NCBI GenBank assembly: GCA_963707955.1
Contig: OY970176.1
Span: 256,001-320,000 of the forward strand
Length of the DNA stretch: 64,000 bases
Source: Candidatus Bathyarchaeota archaeon
GTDB lineage: Archaea > Thermoproteota > Bathyarchaeia > Bathyarchaeales > Bathycorpusculaceae
Direction of reading: 5' to 3'
Shown here: in pieces, positions 21,626 to 30,406 of the stretch
Numbering within the stretch: position 1 is the first letter of the stretch
Layout of the letters: every line of letters starts with the position of its first letter
The notes under the pieces: generated by a model
Databases searched by the model: none
What the model saw: only the letters and a program-made list of their open reading frames with translations
Told to the model about the DNA's origin: nothing
Made by a program: the position numbers and the translations under genes

Positions 21626-22627
21626 CTATTTGGTCTTCTCGAAGTGAATGACGTAGACAAGTTGGTCCTCATCCCATTCAGTATGCGTTTTTTTCCACAG
21701 TTTCTTGAACTGCTCCAGAGTGTATCCGCCTTCTCTCTTCGCGTCTTCTTCGTCAAAGTATTTCAAACGTTTCCTTTCAACTGATGAGATTCGCAGGTCT
21801 GCAACGTGGGGTTCCCATATGGCTGCGCGAACTATTGCGCCTGCCTTGATCTTGGGGTCAGGTACGCCTGTTCTGGAAGTCTGAGTTTTCATTCCCTTGA
21901 GCAGTGGTTCCTTATCGACTGCTTCGAACTGCATCTCGTATGGGGCCTCGGCGACCTCTTGCATGACCTGCTCGACCGGCTTTTCAGGTTCATGGGCCAA
22001 CTTCTCTATGACCTGCGCCTTTTCATTCGCTGGAAGCCTCTTCTCAGCCAGCTTCTTGATCGCTTCCACCCTCTTTCCAGGCTCTTCAACCGCCCGCCCC
22101 ACTCTTACAGCTGTCAAATAATCTATCTTTCCCTCAGGTACCTGCCCAGAAACCGTTGAAGGGGCCACATATTTCTGCGCTTCCTTCGGAATCACTTCAA
22201 TCGTTCGGAGCCAAAGAGAGACGGCGTCGCTGCTGACACCGATCTTCTTGGCTACCGCAGCCTGAGAAGGATATTTTTCGCCACAATTGTCTAGAAGATA
22301 CCTGCAGACCTTTCCTTTTTCGATTGCACTGAGGTCCTCTCTCTGCACGTTCTCGATCAAGTTTAATTGCACAACTTCACCGTCGCTGTACTCTCTAACT
22401 ATGACAGGAATCTTCTCAAGGCCAGCTTGCTGCGAAGCCCTGTAGCGCCTTTCACCAAGGACTACTTCAAACTCGCCGTTCGACGGCCTGACGATAATAG
22501 GCTGAAGCAAGCCGACCTCTCTTATGCTGACAGCAAGCTCGTTGAGGCGCACTATGTTCACTTCCAACCTCGGGTTAAGCTTTGACGGATGAATCTTCTT
22601 GAGCTCGATTTCGACCACAGCGGACAT
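21626..22627 (-). CDS. ParB/Spo0J-family protein with C-terminal ASCH domain
   Basis: NPR, GLLQPI, GERRYRA, ENVQREDL, HTH; C-terminus GMKTQTSR...EEDAKREGG...VYVIHF fits ASCH. Confidence 0.85.
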   Translation of the reverse strand: MSAVVEIELKKIHPSKLNPRLEVNIVRLNELAVSIREVGLLQPIIVRPSNGEFEVVLGERRYRASQQAGLEKIPVIVREYSDGEVVQLNLIENVQREDLSAIEKGKVCRYLLDNCGEKYPSQAAVAKKIGVSSDAVSLWLRTIEVIPKEAQKYVAPSTVSGQVPEGKIDYLTAVRVGRAVEEPGKRVEAIKKLAEKRLPANEKAQVIEKLAHEPEKPVEQVMQEVAEAPYEMQFEAVDKEPLLKGMKTQTSRTGVPDPKIKAGAIVRAAIWEPHVADLRISSVERKRLKYFDEEDAKREGGYTLEQFKKLWKKTHTEWDEDQLVYVIHFEKTK

Positions 22628-22718
22628 GAGTCCCAGCTCCTAAGTTTCGTGTTTATTGCAGTTGATTTCACTATTTAAGAAGTTGCAGTGACTGTTCGGT
22701 TCTGCATAGTGGGGAGTT

Positions 22719-23273
22719 TTACAGACCTATCTGCGAAGCTGATTTTTTCAGCCCGTTCAATGATATGCCGAAAAACTTCTCCCTGGGGATCCCTATCTGC
22801 TCGCAGAAGAGTATCCTCTCCCTGTCCGCGCCTCTTGCAAAGTCCTTTTCCCTGAACTTCTTGGCGACCGATTCGACCCTAACGTCTGCCAGTTTTTTCG
22901 AAGGCATGACTAGAGCGCAGGCAATAAGCAGACCTGAAACAGCGTCAGCAGCGATCAAGGCTTTCTCCATTTTTGTTTCAGGCTTAACGGCCGTGTGCTC
23001 AAAGTTATGAGCCTTGACCGCTCTTATCACATCTTCACTCACGGACTCTTTCAACATGTCCTCAGCCAAAAGACTGTGACGCTGGGGTGTCGCCTCAGTT
23101 CTTTCGTAGTCAACATCGTGAAGCAAGCCTGTTAGCCCCCACTTTTCCTCGTCTTCTGCGAGGTACGTGGCCAATTCTCTCATTATAGCTTCAACGGCGA
23201 TCATGTGATAAAGGACGTTCTTCTTCAAGACGTGGCTCTTCACCAACTCGAGAGCTTGTTCGCGCGTCAACAT
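22719..23273 (-). CDS. HDIG domain protein
   Basis: HMIAV, GLLHDVD, AH, AADAVSG, KDFARG. Confidence 0.88.
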   Translation of the reverse strand: MLTREQALELVKSHVLKKNVLYHMIAVEAIMRELATYLAEDEEKWGLTGLLHDVDYERTEATPQRHSLLAEDMLKESVSEDVIRAVKAHNFEHTAVKPETKMEKALIAADAVSGLLIACALVMPSKKLADVRVESVAKKFREKDFARGADRERILFCEQIGIPREKFFGISLNGLKKSASQIGL

Positions 23274-23422
23274 AGGCTCCACCTGCACCTATGTACAAGC
23301 GAATAGGATTTAATGCTTGAGATACAAGGTTCTCTTTCCACCCGGGAAGAAACTGGCGGTGCCCTTCTAGAAATTGGCAAACTATATAATGGTGCTGAGT
23401 GCCCTCTTGCTTTCGTTGATGG

Positions 23423-24517
23423 GTGCGAAGGTTTTTGTCTGCACCGAAGTATAAGGTTACTTGGAAAACTCTGCTACTGCTGATCATTGGACTAGTCGCC
23501 TTCTTCGTTTACATCTACGTTTTCAACGTTGACCTCCAAGAGATCATCGCAAAGGTCCAGCAGACCAACCCCTACTACTACACTCTAGCGGCAATAGCCT
23601 CAGTTCTCGACATAGTCTTTTTCACTCTGGCTTGGCACTCCCTGCTCAGGTTCCTTTCAGTGAAGCTTTCAGTCTTCAAGTCATTCGCCTTCGTTTGGGC
23701 AGGGATATTCGTTGACACGCTGATCCCTGCAGAGTCCGTCAGCGGGGAAATCACGAAGATCTACTTGGTGAACAGGGAGCAAAACGGAGCGGCAGGGAAA
23801 GCAACGGCCTCTGTTGTTGCGCACAGGCTTATTGGAATGGGAATAAACATCGCAGTTTTGCTGGTAGGTGCGGGCCTCTTGCTGTTTGAGAGCCAGCTTT
23901 ACGGAATTGTGCTGGGCCTCCTACTCTTTCTCATCACTGCGATTTCCATTTTGTTCATTCTAGTTCTTCTGCTATGCTTCAGAGAAAAGTGGACTTACCG
24001 TATCGTTGACGGCGTGATCGGGTTTGCAGAGCGTATAAGCAGGGGGCATTGGAGATTGAAGAAGTTACGGGGACAAGTTGTTGAAATTCACAGGTCTTTT
24101 CACGTCGCAATCAAAGAATACGTGCATGCTCCAAGAACGCTGTTCATCGCCTCTCTTTTCACGGTGATTGCGTGGGTCCTGTCTATGTCAGTGTTGTATC
24201 TCACGTTCGTGTCCATGGGATATCCTCAAATAAGCTGGAGTGCCATACTAGTGATCTCCGCCATCTTCGTAGCTGTAAAGTCTGTTCCGACAGGGGTTCC
24301 GTTTGGAGTAGGCCTGCCAGAAATAGCCTTGACAACCCTGCTTGTCTTTTTCGGGGTTCCTTGGACGATAAGCGCAACTGCCACGATTTTGATGCGTTTG
24401 TTGACGTCGTGGCTGAGGTTTTTCATAGGTTTTGGGGCACAGCAGTGGATAGGCGCGAAAGCTGTCATCACAAGGCAGAACATTGAAACTGGCCCTGCAC
24501 CAGACTGCAAAAGCTAA
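23423..24517 (+). CDS. UPF0104/flippase-like membrane protein
   Basis: Multi-TM; P..SVSGE, P.G.G..E, R..T.W motifs. Confidence 0.85.
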   Translation: MRRFLSAPKYKVTWKTLLLLIIGLVAFFVYIYVFNVDLQEIIAKVQQTNPYYYTLAAIASVLDIVFFTLAWHSLLRFLSVKLSVFKSFAFVWAGIFVDTLIPAESVSGEITKIYLVNREQNGAAGKATASVVAHRLIGMGINIAVLLVGAGLLLFESQLYGIVLGLLLFLITAISILFILVLLLCFREKWTYRIVDGVIGFAERISRGHWRLKKLRGQVVEIHRSFHVAIKEYVHAPRTLFIASLFTVIAWVLSMSVLYLTFVSMGYPQISWSAILVISAIFVAVKSVPTGVPFGVGLPEIALTTLLVFFGVPWTISATATILMRLLTSWLRFFIGFGAQQWIGAKAVITRQNIETGPAPDCKS

Positions 24518-24553
24518 ATTCAACCTTGGAATATTCTTGAAAGATGTTAGACC

Positions 24554-25006
24554 ATGACAGCGGTAATAGAAGACGCTCTGGTTAGACACCTCGACAGACT
24601 CTGTGAAATCGAAACCGAATGCTTCAGAGATGAGGCCTTCACCAAGGAGCAGATCCTTCAGCTGCTCAAGGAATACAACTGTGTGAACTTGGTCGCCAGA
24701 GTGGATGGAATAATCGCAGGTTTCGTCATAGGCCTGATGTACGTTGACAGGAAAGCTCTGTACGCACACATACTAACCATAGACGTGTCGCCAGCTCACC
24801 GTCGAAGGGGGATCGGCCGGTTGCTCCTTCAAGAAATAGAGCGAATCTTTAAGGAGAAAGGCGTCAAAGCGTCTCACCTTGAAGTGAGGGAAGACAACGT
24901 CGCGGCTATCAACCTTTACAGAAAGTTGGGCTACGAGAAGATCGGTAAACTCAGGAACTATTATGGCAAGGCGAACGGCATATACTTTAAGAAGGTTTTA
25001 GCCTAG
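24554..25006 (+). CDS. rimI: RimI/Ard1-type N-acetyltransferase
   Basis: RRRGIG, LEVREDNVAAINLY, YY. Confidence 0.85.
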   Translation: MTAVIEDALVRHLDRLCEIETECFRDEAFTKEQILQLLKEYNCVNLVARVDGIIAGFVIGLMYVDRKALYAHILTIDVSPAHRRRGIGRLLLQEIERIFKEKGVKASHLEVREDNVAAINLYRKLGYEKIGKLRNYYGKANGIYFKKVLA

Positions 25007-25420
25007 TTTTAGGAGTTTCAGCTTCGTTTTTTCATCATACCTTCTCCGCAAGTGGACGCTGGCGGCTTCGACTACGACCAGTTCTGCTGTCGGGCCAACG
25101 CGACAACCTTTCATCAAGTGGCCGCCATAGGTTTCACCGTTTTCGTTTGAAACAACGATGTGCGCGTGGACTATTGTTTCGCCTTTTTCATCAACAGCCA
25201 GATTACCCATGCACGAAGCCACTTCCAGAGGGCCATTCAACTTTGTAGTTACGTACTCTCCTTCCTTGTAACATCCGAGCACCGCGCACTTCAAGGCTCC
25301 GATAAGCATGAATATTCCGGCCTTTACGCCACTCTCATCTGCATTTTTCTTAATGGATTCAGCCACATCGTCATCTTCTTGCAGGCGCGAGAAGAAGAGC
25401 TTTCCACAATGTCCTTCCAA
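24998..25420 (-). CDS. PPC/DUF296 domain protein
   Basis: GAL, EVASCMGN, HAH, GGHL, TAE. Confidence 0.9.
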   Translation of the reverse strand: MEGHCGKLFFSRLQEDDDVAESIKKNADESGVKAGIFMLIGALKCAVLGCYKEGEYVTTKLNGPLEVASCMGNLAVDEKGETIVHAHIVVSNENGETYGGHLMKGCRVGPTAELVVVEAASVHLRRRYDEKTKLKLLKLG

Positions 25421-25505
25421 GAGACAACCGCCCTCTCATTCTGAGTACTATGAGTGCCCTTTGGATTCTGAAACACAAACCCTAAAAGCGTTTCGTCGGT
25501 ATATC

Positions 25506-25790
25506 ATGAAAGCGTCGTGGAAAACTTTGACTGCAAAAGAAAACGGTGATGGGCAGAACATTGTCCAGGCAATAGTGATCCTCATTCGGAACACGACTTG
25601 GAGATGCGGAAAGCTTGAGCGACTGATAGTAAAGAATCTCTGCAGGAGGAGTGCAGGTTTGGGAAAATCTGGAATGCCCATCAGAGAGATGATTCAGAGC
25701 TTCAAGTTGACTGGAAAGAAAAAGAGCGAGTTCTTGGACGCTTTGAAGAGGCTAGAGAGAAGGAATATAATAAGAATCTCGATCGTTTAG
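25506..25790 (+). CDS. Small basic hypothetical protein, possible wHTH
   Basis: EFLDALKRLERRNII C-terminus; start uncertain. Confidence 0.55.
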   Translation: MKASWKTLTAKENGDGQNIVQAIVILIRNTTWRCGKLERLIVKNLCRRSAGLGKSGMPIREMIQSFKLTGKKKSEFLDALKRLERRNIIRISIV

Positions 25791-25817
25791 TTTCCTGAGA
25801 CGCTTGCTCAACGCTTC

Positions 25818-26324
25818 TCAGGACTTTTTTAGGATTTCTTTGGCGTTTTCGATCCATTTTCCGGTGAAATAGGGCGCTATCTTCAGTTTTGCGGCCAAGT
25901 CTTCTGCTGAAGCTTTTGACAAATCCTCGACTGTCTTTATGCCTATGGCATTCAGTTGCTGTGCGCGTTTCTCCTTGATTCCTTTGACTTCTAGGAGTCC
26001 TATAGGCGGCGGTTTGACTTCTGCCACTGGTATGGCTTGAACAATTGGTTCAGGCTTTGCTTCCTCTGGTTTCTTCTCTTCCACGACTTCTGTGACCTTT
26101 GGCGCCGGCACTGATACTGCGAGGGGTGGAGGTGGAGCAACCGCCATTTGCGTGGTTACTGTCTGTTTCGGTCTCTGCGTGTAGCCCAACCCGATGAAGA
26201 CAAGTCCGAAGACGACGGGTGTTACTGTCCACAATGGCTGTGTGGTAATGTAGACCGCCGCCGAAACACCGGAGATGATGAAGCATATTACTGCAACCGC
26301 GTATAATGCATAGTCTGAGCGCAT
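25818..26324 (-). CDS. Membrane-anchored HhH (DUF4332-like) protein
   Basis: Two TMs, Pro-rich linker, VKGIKEKRAQQL..GIKTVEDL. Confidence 0.8.
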   Translation of the reverse strand: MRSDYALYAVAVICFIISGVSAAVYITTQPLWTVTPVVFGLVFIGLGYTQRPKQTVTTQMAVAPPPPLAVSVPAPKVTEVVEEKKPEEAKPEPIVQAIPVAEVKPPPIGLLEVKGIKEKRAQQLNAIGIKTVEDLSKASAEDLAAKLKIAPYFTGKWIENAKEILKKS

Positions 26325-26437
26325 GTAGTTTTCTCCAGCTATCTATCTTCTATGGAAGTGTTTAAATAATTTTCTACATTCGTCGTGCAAAAAAGGAAGA
26401 ATTTAGGCTTGTTTATGATTATTTTTCGTTTGCAGGT

Positions 26438-27823
26438 TTACTTGCCTAGCAACTTGTCTTCCGGCGGCATAGGCTTGATTAGGCCCTGCTTCATGAGCGC
26501 TCTGAGCGATTCGCGAGCATTCTGGATTATCGCAACAGCTCTGTCGTAGAGCTCTTTCCTGCTCGGTTTTATTCTTGCCACTCCCTCGTCTATGGATTTC
26601 AGCGCGCAGGCCACTGCTTCGCGTGGGAAGACTTCCCACTCCTCCATCCTTGGAAGAATATCTTTTTCATGCATTCCGCGTTCTTCAGCGAACTTGGCAA
26701 GCTCTTGGGCCGCGGCGATGCACATGTCATCCGTGACGGTTCTTGCCCTGACATCAAGCACGCCTCGGAATATCCCTGGAAATCCTAGGCTGTTGTTGAC
26801 TTGGTTAGGAAAGTCGCTTCTTCCTGTTGCCACGATTCGAGCTCCCCCCTCTTCAGCTTCCCAGGGCCATATTTCGGGTATCGGGTTTGCGCACGCGAAG
26901 ACTACCGAATTGTCAGCCATGGTCTTTATCCACTCTTTCCTAATCGTGCCGGGCCCAGGTTTTGACGCGGCCACAACGGCATCAGCACCCTTGAAGGCTT
27001 CCTCTATGCTGCCTGTCCTATGCTCCGCGTTTGTCTTCTGCGCCAACTCGTACTTCCACGGGTCTTCACTCTTGACCAAGTCTTTCCTGCCCGGGTACAC
27101 TAGACCTTTCGTGTCGACGAACATGATGTTTCCAGGCTTTATCCCCCACCTTATCAGAACGAATGCGGTCCGCAAGTTCGCCGAACCCGCACCTACCAGA
27201 GTTATCAACGTCTTCTTCGGATCCTTGCCCACAATCTTGAAGGCGTTCATCAGGCCTGCCAGGATTACCGTCGCCGTTCCCTGCTGGTCGTCATGCCAAA
27301 CGGGGATTTGCAGCCGTTCTCTTGCCTTCTCAAGAACGTGGAAACACTTCGGCTTCTCTATGTCTTCTAGGTTTATGCCGCCAAACGTCGGTTCAATAAG
27401 CTCACATGTTCTGATTATTTCCTCAGGGTTCTTCGTCCTGAGACAGATCGGAAAGGCGTCCACCCCGCCTAAGTACTTGAAAAGCAGGGCTTTTCCTTCC
27501 ATCACCGGCAATCCAGCTTCTGGACCTATGTCGCCCAGTCCTAGCACCCGGGTTCCATCCGACACGATGGCCGTGTAGTTCCAACGGTTCGTGAGCTCGA
27601 AAGACTTGTCTCGGTCTGCTTGGATCTCTCTGCATACAGCGGCCACGCCCGGCGTGTACCATATGGCAAAATCGTTCGGGCTTTCGACGGCGCATTTGGG
27701 CATTATCTGGACTTTCCCTTCGTAGAACCTGTGCAGTGGCGGAGCTAGCATTGAAGGTTTTTTCGCCTTTGCCAACAGTTCTTCCACTGTTGGTTTGACT
27801 TCTTTGCCTTTTGGTTTAGACAT
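26438..27823 (-). CDS. NAD(P)-dependent malic enzyme
   Basis: YTPGVA, GLGDIG, MEGKA, NLEDI, HDDQQGT, GAGSA, TGRSDFPNQVNN. Confidence 0.95.
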   Translation of the reverse strand: MSKPKGKEVKPTVEELLAKAKKPSMLAPPLHRFYEGKVQIMPKCAVESPNDFAIWYTPGVAAVCREIQADRDKSFELTNRWNYTAIVSDGTRVLGLGDIGPEAGLPVMEGKALLFKYLGGVDAFPICLRTKNPEEIIRTCELIEPTFGGINLEDIEKPKCFHVLEKARERLQIPVWHDDQQGTATVILAGLMNAFKIVGKDPKKTLITLVGAGSANLRTAFVLIRWGIKPGNIMFVDTKGLVYPGRKDLVKSEDPWKYELAQKTNAEHRTGSIEEAFKGADAVVAASKPGPGTIRKEWIKTMADNSVVFACANPIPEIWPWEAEEGGARIVATGRSDFPNQVNNSLGFPGIFRGVLDVRARTVTDDMCIAAAQELAKFAEERGMHEKDILPRMEEWEVFPREAVACALKSIDEGVARIKPSRKELYDRAVAIIQNARESLRALMKQGLIKPMPPEDKLLGK

Positions 27824-28076
27824 CTCTACCTTCTCCTCTGATGGAAAGCTGTTGTCTTCGTGCAAAAGCTTTAAAGATTGTGGTTGACTTGACCAGAAGC
27901 TACATAGAAGGATTCATAGTCTTCACTAATTTGGCGAGGAGAGTCTGTTTTTTCGCTTTTGGACCGACTCTAAAAATATTCTGTCTGAGTCACAAACTCT
28001 TTTTCGGCCGCGAACATGTCCCCTTGCTCTTTTGGTAAAAGAAAATGGTGGAGGGTGTCTAAATCGTGGGTCCCGT

Positions 28077-28574
28077 CTAGTAGCGTCTTTGTCGGTAGCC
28101 GCCTCTTCTGTCTCGTCCGCCGAAATCGCGTCTGCCGCCGCCGAAGTCTCCTCTGTCGCCTCCTCTGAACGGCCTTCTCGGCTGTTCGTACACTTGGGTG
28201 GACATGTTGTTTTCAGTGTTCACTTCACCCGCAATTGGTTGCTCCGCAATTTCCAGTGTGCCGTATCTTCCGACGTTCAGACGCATGTTGCCCCTGAACA
28301 GGTTTATGTAACCGTTCTTGACGTTTATCGTGTCTCCTTCTTTCACTTTCTCAATGTTGTCGTCCCAGAGTGTTACGTAAATGCATCCTGTCTCGTCTCC
28401 GACCATTGCGTCGCTCACTTTGTGCGGCTCTCCGTCTCTTCCGGCGGCAACGTTTCTGACTTCGCTCTTAGATAAGACCTTTGCCAGAACGTTAACGGCT
28501 CTGGAAGAGGGGTTTAATTCGCCCACTTTCGCGTCTACGGGTTGTCTAGCTCCAGTAAAACCTTCAACTGCCAA
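28077..28574 (-). CDS. ssb: Single-OB-fold ssDNA-binding protein with RG-rich tail
   Basis: VGDETG.I..TLW, LNVGRYG; crenarchaeal-type SSB. Confidence 0.9.
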   Translation of the reverse strand: MAVEGFTGARQPVDAKVGELNPSSRAVNVLAKVLSKSEVRNVAAGRDGEPHKVSDAMVGDETGCIYVTLWDDNIEKVKEGDTINVKNGYINLFRGNMRLNVGRYGTLEIAEQPIAGEVNTENNMSTQVYEQPRRPFRGGDRGDFGGGRRDFGGRDRRGGYRQRRY

Positions 28575-28627
28575 GCTTTTTCAACGTCCTATTTTTTCAA
28601 CGATTCAACCATAACAAAATAACCACA

Positions 28628-28642
28628 CTTAAGCCTTTTGGT
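28628..28642. repeat. Left att core CTTAAGCCTTTTGGT, overlaps putative ssb BRE/TATA
   Basis: Identical 15-mer at 40853-40867; both followed after 16 nt by TAAGTAC. Confidence 0.85.
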
Positions 28643-28691
28643 GCGTACTTTTTTTAGCTAAGTACCTACCTTTTCTGGTTCCCAGCCGCGG

Positions 28692-30131
28692 TTAGACTTT
28701 GATGCTGCTTCTGAGGGCTTTGGGCCTGCGGTAGTAGCTTATGACGGTTCCTGCGACTGTGCGTTCGTCGTATTTCTGAGCGCCCAGCATACCCATCTGC
28801 TTGATTTCCTCGTCTGTCGACGCGGTGAAAACGTCGTAGTCTTCGGGCCTTGTCAGCTTGATTCTTCTCACGTATTTCATCGTGCTGTTGATGTTTCGGT
28901 GTCTCAGTTTCTCTTTGACGATGAGCATGTTGCCGTTGAAAAGCCAGGCTAACTGTGTTCCAGCCCAATGTCGGAAGCTGACGAAGCTTACTTTGAGGAG
29001 CCTTGGGTTCTGAGTGCGCGCTGCTGCTCTTCTTCTCAGTTTAATGTAGATGCTCTGCATGTTGCGGTACGTTGTGGGGAAAACTTTGGTACTCGTCTTC
29101 GGAAGCGCGTCCAGCATGTTTAACAGTTTCGGGCTGACCTCAAACTCTCCTGCCAAGTGGTCTTTGACCGGATGGTTTATGGCTATGACGCCTCGTTTGG
29201 TGTCGACGTCTTCCCAGCCGATTCTGAGGACCTCCTCTGGATCTGCGAAGGTTTCTTTCAAGCTTTGCAGGTAGGCTCTGAGCCGCGCACTCGTCGTTGC
29301 CGATATCAACGTGTCAAGTTCGTCTTCTTGCGGCAGGAAGAAAATGAAGTCTTCTTGCCTGTACGAGGGCATAGTCCAGCTGAGACCCGCCATCCGCGTA
29401 AAAGCGTCGTAAGCGTACGCAGCCTGCATTTTGGTTCCGTCTTTCCACTTTTTCTTTGAGATTATGGCCTTGACCTTGTCCGGGTTGTAGATGTCGCAGC
29501 CTTCCGAGTTGAGCAGCATGCGTATGCACGTGGTATACTTGCAGTTGGCGCCGTAGCCTTCCTTGTCCAGGTAAAGAGCGTACTGCAGGAGAAGGCCCTT
29601 CTTGGCTTTCGCGTCTAACGTGCCCAGGTGTGCCTTGACTTCTTCTCTATCTCCACCAACAGTCTTCGTTTCTGTTGGAGTGCTCAAGTTTTTCGCCTCG
29701 ATTTCCTCGGCGCATACTCGGCCACTCAGATCTATAGTGCTCGTGCTTCTTAAGCTCAATCTCTCAAGGTTCTCAACATTCTCAACTGCTTGAGACGACG
29801 AATATTCAACCTTGGAAGGCTCAGAAAAGCGGTATCCGCAGAGTTTGCAGTAATATCGTTGAACCTGCTGCTTGACGCCTTCCCTGGACACGAAGCGGAA
29901 TCCGCTGTGAATGATTGCCTGGGACCCACATTCCGGACACCTGAGGGGCTGGTTTGGGAGCTGCTGCGGCTGGATCTCCTGGTCAAGACCCAACTTCCCA
30001 TTGGTTCGTCGCTTTGCCGAGGTGTAAGGTGAAAGTGAAAGAACAGCTTTTCCCCCAGCCCCGTTTTCATTCGTGTTCGTCGTCGTCATCGTCAGCCCTT
30101 CTAGGTCGAGCTCCTCGCGAGACAATACCAC
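28692..30131 (-). CDS. Tyrosine integrase with N-terminal Zn ribbon
   Basis: CPECGS..CKLCG; SFRHW, LRHRNINSTMKY; first Arg position reads ADPEE. Confidence 0.88.
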   Translation of the reverse strand: MVLSREELDLEGLTMTTTNTNENGAGGKAVLSLSPYTSAKRRTNGKLGLDQEIQPQQLPNQPLRCPECGSQAIIHSGFRFVSREGVKQQVQRYYCKLCGYRFSEPSKVEYSSSQAVENVENLERLSLRSTSTIDLSGRVCAEEIEAKNLSTPTETKTVGGDREEVKAHLGTLDAKAKKGLLLQYALYLDKEGYGANCKYTTCIRMLLNSEGCDIYNPDKVKAIISKKKWKDGTKMQAAYAYDAFTRMAGLSWTMPSYRQEDFIFFLPQEDELDTLISATTSARLRAYLQSLKETFADPEEVLRIGWEDVDTKRGVIAINHPVKDHLAGEFEVSPKLLNMLDALPKTSTKVFPTTYRNMQSIYIKLRRRAAARTQNPRLLKVSFVSFRHWAGTQLAWLFNGNMLIVKEKLRHRNINSTMKYVRRIKLTRPEDYDVFTASTDEEIKQMGMLGAQKYDERTVAGTVISYYRRPKALRSSIKV

Positions 30132-30406
30132 TCTTTGATGAGGGTCCAGCGGTCGCCACCGAATTCGTGCATAAGCAGGTTTCCTACTCCTCGATGCCAG
30201 CTAACTTCAGCGCTTACGAGGATGCCGACGACCTGGCCTGCCGGAGTTTCCACGATGCAATGATAATTCAGGAAGCGCCTCAGCATCGTCTGCGCCTCTG
30301 ATGGGCTAGCCACTTTTTCCCCTCGGTTTTGAGAATGAAATCTTGGCAGTAAGGGGCCCGCGACAAGCATCCACCGGCCATGCATGCTAACGCTCGCTTC
30401 AAGCAT
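30101..30406 (-). CDS. Small protein with possible Sm/LSm-like fold
   Basis: LRRFLNYHCIVETPAGQVVGILV..GNLLM resembles Sm1 motif. Confidence 0.5.
   Translation of the reverse strand: MLEASVSMHGRWMLVAGPLLPRFHSQNRGEKVASPSEAQTMLRRFLNYHCIVETPAGQVVGILVSAEVSWHRGVGNLLMHEFGGDRWTLIKEWYCLARSST

Noticed and set aside
26592-27578. 328-aa plus-strand ORF
   Set aside because: Antisense shadow of the malic enzyme gene; the same applies to most short overlapping ORFs in the track
28090-28180. Short repeats GCCGCC/CCGAA at the ssb 3' end
   Set aside because: Encode the RG/DFGG low-complexity SSB tail
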